Source of the DNA: Sphingobium sp.
GTDB lineage: Bacteria > Pseudomonadota > Alphaproteobacteria > Sphingomonadales > Sphingomonadaceae
Assembly: GCA_036278355.1 (NCBI GenBank)
Contig: DASULD010000197.1
Location: 1 to 55,131, forward strand
Length of the DNA stretch: 55,131 nucleotides
Reading direction: 5' to 3'
Below, piece by piece: positions 1 through 8,836 of the stretch. How positions within the stretch are numbered: position 1 is the first letter of the stretch; every line of letters starts with the position of its first letter. A program made the translations under genes and the position numbers. The notes under the pieces were generated by a model, which saw only the letters and a list, made by a program, of their open reading frames with translations, was not told the DNA's origin and made no database searches.

Positions 1-989
1 ACCTCGTCCATGCGGCTGCCGGTGTCGATCAGGGCGGTGGCGATGATCGAGAGCGAGCCGCCCTCCTCGATATTGCGCGCCGCGCCGAAGAAACGCTTGG
101 GTCGTTGCAACGCGTTGGCGTCGACGCCACCGGTCAGAACCTTGCCCGAACTGGGAACCACGGTGTTGTACGCGCGACCAAGACGGGTGATGGAATCGAG
201 CAGGATCACGACGTCCTTCTTGTGCTCGACAAGGCGTTTGGCCTTTTCGATCACCATCTCTGCGACCTGCACATGGCGGGCGGCGGGCTCATCGAACGTG
301 GAGGATACAACCTCTCCGTTCACGCTGCGCTGCATGTCGGTGACTTCCTCGGGCCGCTCATCGATCAGCAGAACGATCAGAAAAACCTCGGGATGATTGT
401 CGGTGATCGCCTTGGCGATGTTCTGGAGCAGGACGGTCTTGCCGACGCGCGGCGGCGCGACGATCAGCGCGCGCTGGCCCTTGCCTTGCGGCGCGATGAT
501 GTCGATGACCCGCGCCGACTTGTCCTTGACCGTGGGGTCGAGCGTATCGAGCCGCAGCTTCTCGTCCGGATAGAGCGGCGTCAGATTGTCGAAATTGACG
601 CGATGACGCACGACCTCGGGATCGTCGAAATTGACGCTGATGAGCTTGGTGAGGGCGAAATAGCGTTCGCCATCCTTGGGCGCGCGTATTTCCCCTTCCA
701 CCGTGTCGCCCGTACGCAGGCCGAATTTCCGGACCTGATTGGGCGAGACATAGATGTCGTCGGGACCGGCGAGATAGTTCGCTTCGGGTGACCGCAGAAA
801 GCCGAATCCATCGGGCAGCACCTCTATGGTGCCCACGCCCATGATCTGTTCCCCGTTTTCGGCCTCGGCCTTCAGGATGGCGAACATAATGTCCTGCTTG
901 CGGAGGGTCGAGGCGCCCTCCACCCCGAGATCCTCTGCCATGGTGACAAGGTCTGCGGGCGTACGTTGCTTGAGCTCTTTGAGGTGCAT
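1..989 (-). CDS. rho: Transcription termination factor Rho (3' end runs off the window)
   Basis: Absent from the ORF track because it has no stop in the window. Manual translation from ATG at 989: [14 protein letters not shown]...DGFGFLRS...[18 protein letters not shown]...APPRVGKT (P-loop)...[13 protein letters not shown]...[12 protein letters not shown]...[14 protein letters not shown]. Confidence 0.98.
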   Translation of the reverse strand, partial: MHLKELKQRTPADLVTMAEDLGVEGASTLRKQDIMFAILKAEAENGEQIMGVGTIEVLPDGFGFLRSPEANYLAGPDDIYVSPNQVRKFGLRTGDTVEGEIRAPKDGERYFALTKLISVNFDDPEVVRHRVNFDNLTPLYPDEKLRLDTLDPTVKDKSARVIDIIAPQGKGQRALIVAPPRVGKTVLLQNIAKAITDNHPEVFLIVLLIDERPEEVTDMQRSVNGEVVSSTFDEPAARHVQVAEMVIEKAKRLVEHKKDVVILLDSITRLGRAYNTVVPSSGKVLTGGVDANALQRPKRFFGAARNIEEGGSLSIIATALIDTGSRMDE

Positions 990-1147
990 CGGTGACGATC
1001 CGGAAGAAAAATCGCGGGGAAAAGAAGGAAGGTGCCGATTGTTTCGGCTAAATCAGGAAGCGGCACACTCGAACGGCGCCGGCTGTCTGCCTGCGTTAAG
1101 GGCGAGCCGCCCTCAAGTCAAGCAATCTGCGATGCGCGACGATGGCT

Positions 1148-1588
1148 TCAGAACGGGCGCACGACGGCCAGGACCACGATGATCGCGACCATGATTCCCG
1201 GCACTTCGTTGAGCATCCGCAGTTGCCGGTCGGAAAGCGTTCTCTCTCCCCTCGCCAGCTTCTTCGCATAGCCGACCAGCCAGCCGTGATAGCCCGAGAG
1301 GATGAGCACAAACAGCAACTTGGCATGGAACCATCCCCAGTCCCAGGCATGGACGTTCACCATCAGCATCAGGCCCAGCAGCCAGACGATCATGAGTGAG
1401 GGGTTGAGGATTATGCGCCGCAACCTTTCCTCGCGCCGAATCCATTTCCGGTCCTCGTCCGATCCGGGCGCGCTTTCCTGATGATAGATGAAAAAGCGCG
1501 GCATCATGAACAGCCCCGCCACCAGGAAAATCACGAAGATAACGTGCGCAGCCTTGGCCCAGATATAGGCGTTGCCGAGGAAATTCAC
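1148..1588 (-). CDS. hemJ: Protoporphyrinogen IX oxidase HemJ (membrane, CopD/DUF420-like)
   Basis: GTG start overlaps the hemE stop (GTGA); WAKAAHVIFVI..AGLFMMPRFFIYH, II.NP, WFHAKL, R.LNEVP motifs; lies between hemE and rho. Confidence 0.9.
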   Translation of the reverse strand: MNFLGNAYIWAKAAHVIFVIFLVAGLFMMPRFFIYHQESAPGSDEDRKWIRREERLRRIILNPSLMIVWLLGLMLMVNVHAWDWGWFHAKLLFVLILSGYHGWLVGYAKKLARGERTLSDRQLRMLNEVPGIMVAIIVVLAVVRPF

Positions 1589-2649
1589 CTGGTCATGCCT
1601 CCCAGCTTGCGCAGCATATGCTCGACATGCGCTATCGGTGTGCCGGGAAGGATCCCGTGACCCAGATTGAATATATGCGGTCTCCGCGGGAATGCTGCAA
1701 GGATTGTGTCTATCGCTTCGTCGAGCGATCGACCGCCAGCAACCAGCGCGAGCGGATCGAGATTGCCCTGCACCGGCAGCCCTTCGGGCAGCGCCGCATC
1801 GGCCCAATGCGGATCGACGGTTTCATCGAGGCCGACGGCGTCCACTCCGGTCTGCACCGCATAGTCGACCAGCTTGGCGCCCGCGCCCTTGGGAAAACCG
1901 ATAACCGGAACACCTGGACGTAACGCGCGCAACCGTTCCACGATCATGCGGTTGGGCGCGATCACCCATTGCTGAAACTGACGAGGTGAGAGGCTTCCCG
2001 CCCAGCTGTCGAACAATTGAACCGCATCGACACCCGCGTCGATCTGACCGACCAGATAAGGCACGGTCGCATCGATGATCGCATCGATGATCGCCGCGAA
2101 CCGTTCGGGATCGGCATAAGCGAGCGTCCGGGCAGCTGCGTGATCCCGGCTGCCCTGCCCCGCGATCATGTACGTTGCGATGGTCCATGGGCTGCCGGCA
2201 AAACCCAGGAAGGTGGTTTCCGGAGCGATCCTCGCCTTCACCCGCCGCACCGTGTCGTAAACGGCGTCATAGCGCGTCCAGTCGGGCTCCAGCGCATCAA
2301 GCGCCGTCTCGCTCAGCTGAGGCGCAAGCCGGGGTCCCTCGCCCGCCTCGAACCACAAACGCTGACCCATCGCATAGGGCACGATCAATATGTCGGAAAA
2401 GAGAATGGCGGCGTGGAGGCCGTCCGCCCCGATGCCAAAGCGCAGGAGCGGCTGAAGCGTGATGTCCGCCGCCGCCTCGCTGTCATAGACCAGTTCGAGA
2501 AACCCGCCCTTGTCGGCACGCAGTTCGCGATATTCGGGCAGGTAGCGCCCGGCCTGGCGCATCATCCAGCGTGGGGCGATCCCCTGGCGCTCACCGTTCA
2601 GGACGGCGAGCAGGGGCTTGGCTACACCGCTGTCGGACGTCGGGTGCAT
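1585..2649 (-). CDS. hemE: Uroporphyrinogen decarboxylase
   Basis: WMMRQAGRYLPEYR, AILFSDIL, GFAGSPWT, QLFDSW, QGNLDP and HIFNLGHGI signatures. Confidence 0.98.
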   Translation of the reverse strand: MHPTSDSGVAKPLLAVLNGERQGIAPRWMMRQAGRYLPEYRELRADKGGFLELVYDSEAAADITLQPLLRFGIGADGLHAAILFSDILIVPYAMGQRLWFEAGEGPRLAPQLSETALDALEPDWTRYDAVYDTVRRVKARIAPETTFLGFAGSPWTIATYMIAGQGSRDHAAARTLAYADPERFAAIIDAIIDATVPYLVGQIDAGVDAVQLFDSWAGSLSPRQFQQWVIAPNRMIVERLRALRPGVPVIGFPKGAGAKLVDYAVQTGVDAVGLDETVDPHWADAALPEGLPVQGNLDPLALVAGGRSLDEAIDTILAAFPRRPHIFNLGHGILPGTPIAHVEHMLRKLGGMTR

Positions 2650-2935
2650 GAGACTCTAATATCCCTTTATATTTAGATTCAGGATTGTTGATGATGATAG
2701 GCGGGTTGAAAGCGGGGTTTATGCGTGATCCCCGGTTTTGCCAACAGCAAGGGCACGAAATTTGCATCGCATTTTCAAGGGACAGACAAAAGCATCCCCG
2801 CTATCAACCCCCTGTGGACAAAAATATCCCGCCGGGATTGCCTGTGGATAAGCACCGGGATCACGCGGAAAACGCGGGCGGAAAAGTTGTCGACGCTTCT
2901 GTCCCTTGATTTATCCACAGGTCACCAACAAAGTC
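2650..2935. other. Probable chromosomal replication origin (oriC)
   Basis: Perfect DnaA boxes TGTGGATAA (2843-2851) and TTATCCACA (2911-2919), a 1-mismatch box TGTGGACAA (2813-2821), AT-rich patch 2657-2700, GANTC sites at 2652 and 2676; the hemE/DUF299 intergenic position matches Caulobacter Cori. Confidence 0.85.
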
Positions 2936-2941
2936 ATGCCA

Positions 2942-3775
2942 ATGACACATCTTCACCTTCATCTGTTGTCGGATTCCACGGGGGAGACGCTCGAAAGCGT
3001 TGCGAAAGCGATCATCGGGCAGTTCGAGAATGTCGAGGCGATCCGCCATTTCTGGCCGATGGTGCGGACGGAAGATCATCTGCGGCGGATATTGAGCGAA
3101 ATCTCCACCAATCCGGGCCTCGTGCTCTTCACGCTCGCCAATCCGATGCTGCGGCGCAAGCTTGAGCATCAGTGCCGGGCACTGGGGCTTCCCCATGTCG
3201 CGCCCCTCGACAGCGCGACCGATGCGATGTCGAATATATTGGGACAGGAAACCCGCAACCGGCCCGGCCGCAAGCATATACTGGACGAAGCCTATTTCGC
3301 GCGAATCGAGGCGATCCAGTATACGATCGCGCATGATGACGGCGTCGCGCCGGAAAACTGGGAGGAAGCGGACATCATTCTGGTCGGTGTGTCGCGGACG
3401 TCCAAGACGCCCACCTCCATCTATCTTGCCAATCGCGGGTACAAGACCGCGAATGTTCCGGTCGTGCCGGAATCACCGCCGCCCGACAGCCTTTACCGGC
3501 TGCAGCATCCCCTCGTCGTCGGCCTCACGATCAATCCCGAACGGCTTGTACAGATCCGGCGCAATCGCCTGCTTTCGCTCAATCAGGCGCCCGAAACCGC
3601 TTATGTCGATCTCGATCGCGTGCAGGAGGAGATCGCCTATGCCCGACGCCTGATAGCCGATCACGCCTGGCCCTTCATCGACATGACCCGCCGATCGATC
3701 GAGGAGGCCGCCGCCGCGATTATCACCCATTTCAACGACCGGATCATGGGAGTGACGCCGGTGGAGGCGCAGTGA
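2942..3775 (+). CDS. Pyruvate, phosphate/water dikinase regulatory protein (kinase/pyrophosphorylase, DUF299)
   Basis: HLLSDSTGET, AHDDG, ADIILVGVSRTSKTPTSIYLANRG, T.RSIEE motifs; alternative ATG at 2936. Confidence 0.95.
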   Translation: MTHLHLHLLSDSTGETLESVAKAIIGQFENVEAIRHFWPMVRTEDHLRRILSEISTNPGLVLFTLANPMLRRKLEHQCRALGLPHVAPLDSATDAMSNILGQETRNRPGRKHILDEAYFARIEAIQYTIAHDDGVAPENWEEADIILVGVSRTSKTPTSIYLANRGYKTANVPVVPESPPPDSLYRLQHPLVVGLTINPERLVQIRRNRLLSLNQAPETAYVDLDRVQEEIAYARRLIADHAWPFIDMTRRSIEEAAAAIITHFNDRIMGVTPVEAQ

Positions 3776-4377
3776 CGACCCCGCAGCTGATACTCGCCTC
3801 GCAGAGCGAAAGCCGACGGCAGATGCTTGGGGCCGCGGGGATTCCGTTCGAGGCAATGTCTCCCCAGGTCGACGAGGATGCGTTCAAGGAGGAGTTCCGG
3901 GCCCAGGGGATGGACGCGCGCACGCTTGCCGACGCGCTCGCCGAACTGAAGGCGCGGCGGCTATCCTCGCGCATTCCTGCTGCGATGGTCCTGGGCGCCG
4001 ATCAGACGCTGGAGCTGGACGATGGCGCGATGGTCGACAAGGCTGTTGACCGTGACGATGCCGCCGCGATCCTGCGCCGCCTGTCGGGCCGTACCCATTT
4101 CCTTCACAGCGCGGCGGTCGTCTGTGAAAATGGTGGCCCGGTCTGGCGCCAGATCGAAACCGCGCGCATGACCGTGCGAGTGCTGTCGGACCGCTTCATC
4201 GCTGACTATCTCGACGAGGAATGGGAAAGATGCCGCTGGTGCGTCGGCTGCTACCGGATCGAAGGGCCGGGCGCGCAGCTTTTCTCCGACATTCGTGCGA
4301 CACATTTCGCGATTCAGGGATTGCCGCTGCTGGGGCTGCTTGACTTTCTGCGCGTTCGCGGCGTTCTGGCGGCATGA
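3772..4377 (+). CDS. maf: Maf-family nucleoside triphosphate pyrophosphatase
   Basis: LILASQSESRRQML, VDE, LGADQ, LSGRTH, G.YRIEG, IQGLPL. Confidence 0.95.
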   Translation: MTTPQLILASQSESRRQMLGAAGIPFEAMSPQVDEDAFKEEFRAQGMDARTLADALAELKARRLSSRIPAAMVLGADQTLELDDGAMVDKAVDRDDAAAILRRLSGRTHFLHSAAVVCENGGPVWRQIETARMTVRVLSDRFIADYLDEEWERCRWCVGCYRIEGPGAQLFSDIRATHFAIQGLPLLGLLDFLRVRGVLAA

Positions 4378-5207
4378 CGACAGCCGCCGCCGATCCCCTG
4401 CCCTATGCCGAAGTGATCGGCGATCCGATCGCCCACAGCAAATCGCCGATCATCCACAATTTCTGGCTGCGGGCGCTCGGGATCGAGGCCGAATATCGCA
4501 AGACGCATGTACGGGCCGACGAACTTGCCGCCTATTTCCTGAAACGGCGCGCCGATCCCGACTGGCTGGGCTGCAACATCACCATTCCGCACAAGGTCGC
4601 GGCGATGGATTACGTGACCGACCCGGGCGAAGTCGGACGCGTCATCGGCGCCATGAACACAGTGGCCTGTGAGACCGGCGGGCCTTTGATCGGGACCAAC
4701 ACCGATGCGGGCGGCTTTATCGCGCCGCTCGCCGCGCTGGGCTGGCGCGGGCGCAGCGCGCTGGTCATCGGGGCGGGCGGTGCGGCCCGCGCGATCCTTT
4801 ACGCCCTGAACCAGATCGGCATTCGCGACGTTTCGGTGATGGTCCGGGACGCGGCAAAGGGCCGCGCGCTGCTTGATCGTGCAGGCGTGGAGGGCAAGGT
4901 GATCGGCATGGCCGATCCGCTGCCGCCGGTTGACCTTCTCGTCAACAGCAGCCCGCTGGGCATGACAGGGCAACCGCCCTTGCGGCTCGATCTTGCGCCG
5001 CTGCCCGATCACGCGATGGTGTACGACATTGTTTATGTACCAATCGATACGGAAATTCTGGTCGCTGCGCGGGCGCGCGGTCTGCGCACGATCGATGGCC
5101 TCGAAATGCTGATCGGTCAGGCGGCTCTTGCGTTCGACATCTTCTTCGATGCGAAGGCGCCGCGTGAACGCGATGCCGAATTGCGCGCTCTGCTGGCCGC
5201 CGCCTGA
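4374..5207 (+). CDS. aroE: Shikimate dehydrogenase
   Basis: IGDPIAHSKSP.IH, G.NITIPHK, GAMNT, NTD, GAGGAARA, DGLEMLIGQA. Confidence 0.97.
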   Translation: MTTAAADPLPYAEVIGDPIAHSKSPIIHNFWLRALGIEAEYRKTHVRADELAAYFLKRRADPDWLGCNITIPHKVAAMDYVTDPGEVGRVIGAMNTVACETGGPLIGTNTDAGGFIAPLAALGWRGRSALVIGAGGAARAILYALNQIGIRDVSVMVRDAAKGRALLDRAGVEGKVIGMADPLPPVDLLVNSSPLGMTGQPPLRLDLAPLPDHAMVYDIVYVPIDTEILVAARARGLRTIDGLEMLIGQAALAFDIFFDAKAPRERDAELRALLAAA

Positions 5208-5209
5208 CC

Positions 5210-5806
5210 ATGCCGAAGATCTATGGTCTCACCGGTTCGATCGGAATGGGCAAGAGCGCCGTCGCGGCCATGATCGCCAGGCTCGGCGTTCCGTTGTTCG
5301 ATGCCGATGCACAGGTGCACCGGCTCCAGGGCCCCGGGGGTAAGGCGCTCGCCGCGATAGAGGCACGCTTTCCCGGAACAACCGGCCCTGCCGGTCTGGA
5401 CCGGGCCAGGCTGGCGGCCATCGTGCTCGCTCACCCGCATGAACGCAAGGCGCTGGAGGCGATCATTCATCCGATGGTGCGGGAGGCACGGCATGACTTC
5501 CTGCGCCGGTACGCGTCGCGCCCGCTGGTGGTATTCGACATACCGCTGCTGTTCGAAACCCACGGACACAGGGAGCTTGATGGCGTGATCGTCGTAACGG
5601 CACCGGCATGGAAGCAGCGCAAGCGCGTGCTCGCGCGTCCCGGAATGACGGAGGAGAAATTTCGCCGGATCAGGGCATTGCAGATGCCGGATGCGGTGAA
5701 ACGGCGGCGTGCCGATCACGTCATCGAGACAGGCGCCACGTTTGACCGGACACGCGCCCAGGTCCGCGCGCTGATCGCTTGCCTTCTGCGCAAAGCAGGC
5801 GGATAG
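5210..5806 (+). CDS. coaE: Dephospho-CoA kinase
   Basis: GLTGSIGMGKS P-loop, DAD..VH, IIHP.V, DIPLLFE. Confidence 0.97.
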   Translation: MPKIYGLTGSIGMGKSAVAAMIARLGVPLFDADAQVHRLQGPGGKALAAIEARFPGTTGPAGLDRARLAAIVLAHPHERKALEAIIHPMVREARHDFLRRYASRPLVVFDIPLLFETHGHRELDGVIVVTAPAWKQRKRVLARPGMTEEKFRRIRALQMPDAVKRRRADHVIETGATFDRTRAQVRALIACLLRKAGG

Positions 5807-5830
5807 TGGAAAAAGAGAGTCACAGAGTCG

Positions 5831-6547
5831 ATGCGCGAAATCATCTTCGACACGGAAACGACCGGATTTGATCCCCTGACGGGTGACCGGCTCGTCGAAA
5901 TCGGCTGCATAGAACTGGTGAACCGGGTGCCCACCGGGGCTACTTTCCATCGCTATTTCAATCCGCAACGGCCCATGCCGGCATCGGCCCAGGCCGTCCA
6001 CGGCCTCTCCGACGCCTTTCTGGCGGACAAGCCGCTGTTCCCCAATGATGTCGAGGCGCTGCTCGACTTCCTGGGCGATTCGATGCTGGTCGCTCATAAT
6101 GCGCGCTTCGACTTCGGCTTCCTCAATCATGAGCTGGGCCTGTGCGGACGCTCCGCCATCCCGTTCGACCGTATGATCGACACGGTGGCGATGGCGCGCG
6201 TCGCCCATCCCGGCGCGAAGCACAGCCTGGACGCATTGTGCACTCGTTATGGCATCGATCGCAGCCATCGTGTCCGGCACGGCGCTCTTCTTGACGCCGA
6301 ACTGCTGGCGCAGGTCTATATCGAACTGACCGGCGGGCGTCAGATCGGACTGGGTTTTGCCGAACAGGCCGCGCTTGCGACGGATCGCGCGAACGGCCGC
6401 ATCGTGACCACCATACAGCTGCCGCAACGGCCCGCGCGGTCCCCGCGTCTCTTCTCGCCGACCGATGAGGAACTGGTGCGGCACAGCGCGTTCGTTGCGA
6501 CATTGACCGATCCTCTTTGGGAAAGGAGGCCGACAGGGTCCACATGA
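5831..6547 (+). CDS. dnaQ: DNA polymerase III epsilon subunit
   Basis: ExoI FDTETTG, ExoII AHNARFD, ExoIII HGALLDAELLAQVY. Confidence 0.98.
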   Translation: MREIIFDTETTGFDPLTGDRLVEIGCIELVNRVPTGATFHRYFNPQRPMPASAQAVHGLSDAFLADKPLFPNDVEALLDFLGDSMLVAHNARFDFGFLNHELGLCGRSAIPFDRMIDTVAMARVAHPGAKHSLDALCTRYGIDRSHRVRHGALLDAELLAQVYIELTGGRQIGLGFAEQAALATDRANGRIVTTIQLPQRPARSPRLFSPTDEELVRHSAFVATLTDPLWERRPTGST

Positions 6548-6605
6548 GGTCGCATACCGGGCCGGATCTGGCGTCCGTCCCGCAAAAGCAAAGGAGGCAA
6601 TACAA

Positions 6606-7199
6606 ATGGATATTCGCATTTCCGGTCACCAGGTCGATACCGGCGAGGCGTTGCAGAAGCATGTCTCGAGCCGCCTGGAGTCCATTGCCGAGAAATTTTT
6701 TTCCCGTACCATATCGGCACAGGTTACCTTTGGCCTGGCCCCCCATAGCGGTTTTCGCTGCGACATAGTCTGCCATGTCACGGCCGGCCTGATCCTGAAG
6801 GGGGCGGGCGAGGCCCAGGAGGCCCATCATTGCTTCGATCAGGCGGCTGAGCGGATAGAGAAGCAACTGCGCCGGTACAAGCGACGGCTGAAGGATCGCC
6901 ATGTCCAGAGCCTGGCGGCAGAGGCGGAGCGGACGCACGAGCTGAACGGGGTCGCCGTGCTCGACGGTGCGTCCTACCGGGTGTTCGCGTCCACCCCCGA
7001 AGAGGAGGAGCCGGCCGAGGCACCGGTCGTCGTCGCCGAAACCCGGGTCGACATTCCCGAGGCGACCGTGTCCGATGCCGTGATGATGCTGGACCTGCGC
7101 AACACCAACGCGCTGCTGTTCATCAACGCAGGAACTTCGTCCTATAATATGGTTTATCGTCGTCAGGATGGATCAATCGGATGGGTAGAGCCACGATAG
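6606..7199 (+). CDS. hpf: Ribosome hibernation promoting factor (long HPF/RaiA)
   Basis: MDIRISGHQVDTGEAL, IEKQLRRYKRRLKD; C-terminal S30EA extension NMVYRRQDGSIGWVEP. Confidence 0.95.
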   Translation: MDIRISGHQVDTGEALQKHVSSRLESIAEKFFSRTISAQVTFGLAPHSGFRCDIVCHVTAGLILKGAGEAQEAHHCFDQAAERIEKQLRRYKRRLKDRHVQSLAAEAERTHELNGVAVLDGASYRVFASTPEEEEPAEAPVVVAETRVDIPEATVSDAVMMLDLRNTNALLFINAGTSSYNMVYRRQDGSIGWVEPR

Positions 7200-7240
7200 A
7201 CTCTTGTTAATGCCCTCATGCTAGAGAGAGTCTAGCCGTG

Positions 7241-7269
7241 TTGACGCAGCGGGCGCGTGCCCCTATGGC
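7241..7269 (+). promoter_or_regulatory. Candidate sigma70 promoter for ptsN
   Basis: TTGACG-17 bp-TATGGC upstream of ptsN. Confidence 0.45.
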
Positions 7270-7355
7270 GCCGAGCTTTGGACAAGCTTGGCGCGCTGCA
7301 TCGTTTATACATGCGCCGCCGGTGGGGGTGCAGCCCTCGCGAGTTGAGCAACCTG

Positions 7356-7823
7356 ATGACTGATTTCCACGACCTGATAGTTCCGGAGGCGGTGGCAGCT
7401 GTGCTGCCCGTGACCAGCAAGAAGCAGCTGTTTCAGAAGCTGGCGGAGATCGCGAGCCGCTCCTATGGGCTTGATCCGGCCGAGGTTTTCGATCGCCTCA
7501 ATGAGCGGGAGCGGCTCGGTTCTACAGGCTTTGGTGGGGGGATAGCCATTCCCCATGCCAAGATCGAGCGGCTGGACCGCGTGTGCGGTATGGTCGTCCG
7601 GCTCGAATCGCCGCTGGCTTTCGACGCGGTCGATGACGTGCCGGTGGATATCGTCTTTTCGCTTCTGTCCCCTGCGGACAGTGGTGCCGAGCATCTGAAG
7701 ATGCTGGCCCGTGTGTCGCGCTATCTTCGCAGCGGTCAGAATGCCGCGCGTATCCGCGGCACGGGGTCTGACGAGGCATTGCTGGCGCTGCTCGCCGGAG
7801 ACGAGGCGCGTGACGCTGCCTGA
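7356..7823 (+). CDS. ptsN: PTS EIIA-Ntr
   Basis: SKKQL, RERLGSTGFGGGIAIPH (phospho-His), PVDIVF.L, HLK.LARVSR. Confidence 0.95.
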   Translation: MTDFHDLIVPEAVAAVLPVTSKKQLFQKLAEIASRSYGLDPAEVFDRLNERERLGSTGFGGGIAIPHAKIERLDRVCGMVVRLESPLAFDAVDDVPVDIVFSLLSPADSGAEHLKMLARVSRYLRSGQNAARIRGTGSDEALLALLAGDEARDAA

Positions 7824-8292
7824 GGCTGCCGCGGTCCCCGCGCCCAGCGGGGAAGAGGCGCATTTTCGAGCTCTGGAACGCCTCTATGCGTCCGCACCTG
7901 TCAACCGCCTGTTTCGGTCCCGCTTGACCATCACCGAAGCCGGGCGATCCGTCATCGACTTCAGTGTCGACGAATCCCTCTATCATGCGGCGGGCGCGGT
8001 CCATGGCACCGTCTATTTCAAGATGCTGGACGACGCCGCCTTTTACGCCGCCAACAGCCTCGTCAGCGATCGATTCCTGCTGACCACCGGCTTCAACCTG
8101 CTGTTTACCCGGCCATTGCGGACCGGACAGGTCAGGGCCGAGGGGCGCTGGCTCAGCGGGCGCCGACGCGTCTATGTCGCCGAGGCCACGCTGACAGACG
8201 GCGAGGGCGAGGAAATCGGCCGCGGCACCGGCACATTCATGCGATCCCAATATGCACTTTCGGGGTTGCCCGGTTACGCGGCGGCCGAGTGA
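7810..8292 (+). CDS. PaaI-family hotdog thioesterase
   Basis: HAAGAVHG.VYFKMLDDAAFYA; GTG start overlapping the end of ptsN. Confidence 0.88.
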   Translation: MTLPEAAAVPAPSGEEAHFRALERLYASAPVNRLFRSRLTITEAGRSVIDFSVDESLYHAAGAVHGTVYFKMLDDAAFYAANSLVSDRFLLTTGFNLLFTRPLRTGQVRAEGRWLSGRRRVYVAEATLTDGEGEEIGRGTGTFMRSQYALSGLPGYAAAE

Positions 8293-8319
8293 TGCCGCCG
8301 GAAATGCTGGTTGCCTGAA

Positions 8320-8661
8320 ATGGCGGTACGGGCGACAAGCCGGCTGCTCGTTCAGGCGCTGATCCGGGTTACCGAAGCGGAGGGCGGCTTCGCGGCGGTG
8401 CTGCACAAGGGCGACGCGGTCGCGGGCGCCATTCTGGTTCAGATGCTTGGTGCAGAGCAGCAGATCAGCCTGTTCGAAAGAGTTCCGGACTTTTCAAAGG
8501 GTTATGTCCTCGCCCCGGCGGCCACAGAATCTTGGGGGGACTCCTCTTCGATCACGCAATATATTGAAAGACGCTGCAGGGTGGACCCTGATCTGTGGGT
8601 TGTCGAACTTGATATCGCGAATGCGCAACAGCTTGCCGCTGCTATCCTGGCCCAAGATTGA
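8320..8661 (+). CDS. DUF1491-family protein
   Basis: GGFAAVLHKGD..AGAIL and RR...DPDLWVVELD pattern. Confidence 0.8.
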   Translation: MAVRATSRLLVQALIRVTEAEGGFAAVLHKGDAVAGAILVQMLGAEQQISLFERVPDFSKGYVLAPAATESWGDSSSITQYIERRCRVDPDLWVVELDIANAQQLAAAILAQD

Positions 8662-8686
8662 CATTGAACGCTTTATCGCAGATAGG
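8658..8686 (+). promoter_or_regulatory. Candidate sigma70 promoter for the cell-wall hydrolase gene
   Basis: TTGACA-17 bp-GATAGG. Confidence 0.5.
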
Positions 8687-8836
8687 CCCCCTCGCAATGC
8701 TCACGCGCAGGTTGCCGATCGCCGTTCAGTAGGGGGCGGAACGCGGTAAACACGCAGACGGGGGGCGGCACGGCGCCTTGAGAACATAAGAGGATGTGGC
8801 GCATCCGGCCGACCAACCGCATGTCGTTTGCGACAC

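Noticed and set aside
5117-6619. 500-aa minus-strand ORF, and similar long ORFs at 13353-14579, 23418-24875, 24875-26137, 28962-30437, 40651-41871 and 50379-51671
   Set aside because: All lie antisense to well-supported genes and look like shadow ORFs
8687-8836. 6S or SRP RNA identity for the structured region
   Set aside because: No SRP CAGG-GGAA-AGCA domain IV motif and not the usual zapA/ygfA context; kept only as an unknown leader candidate
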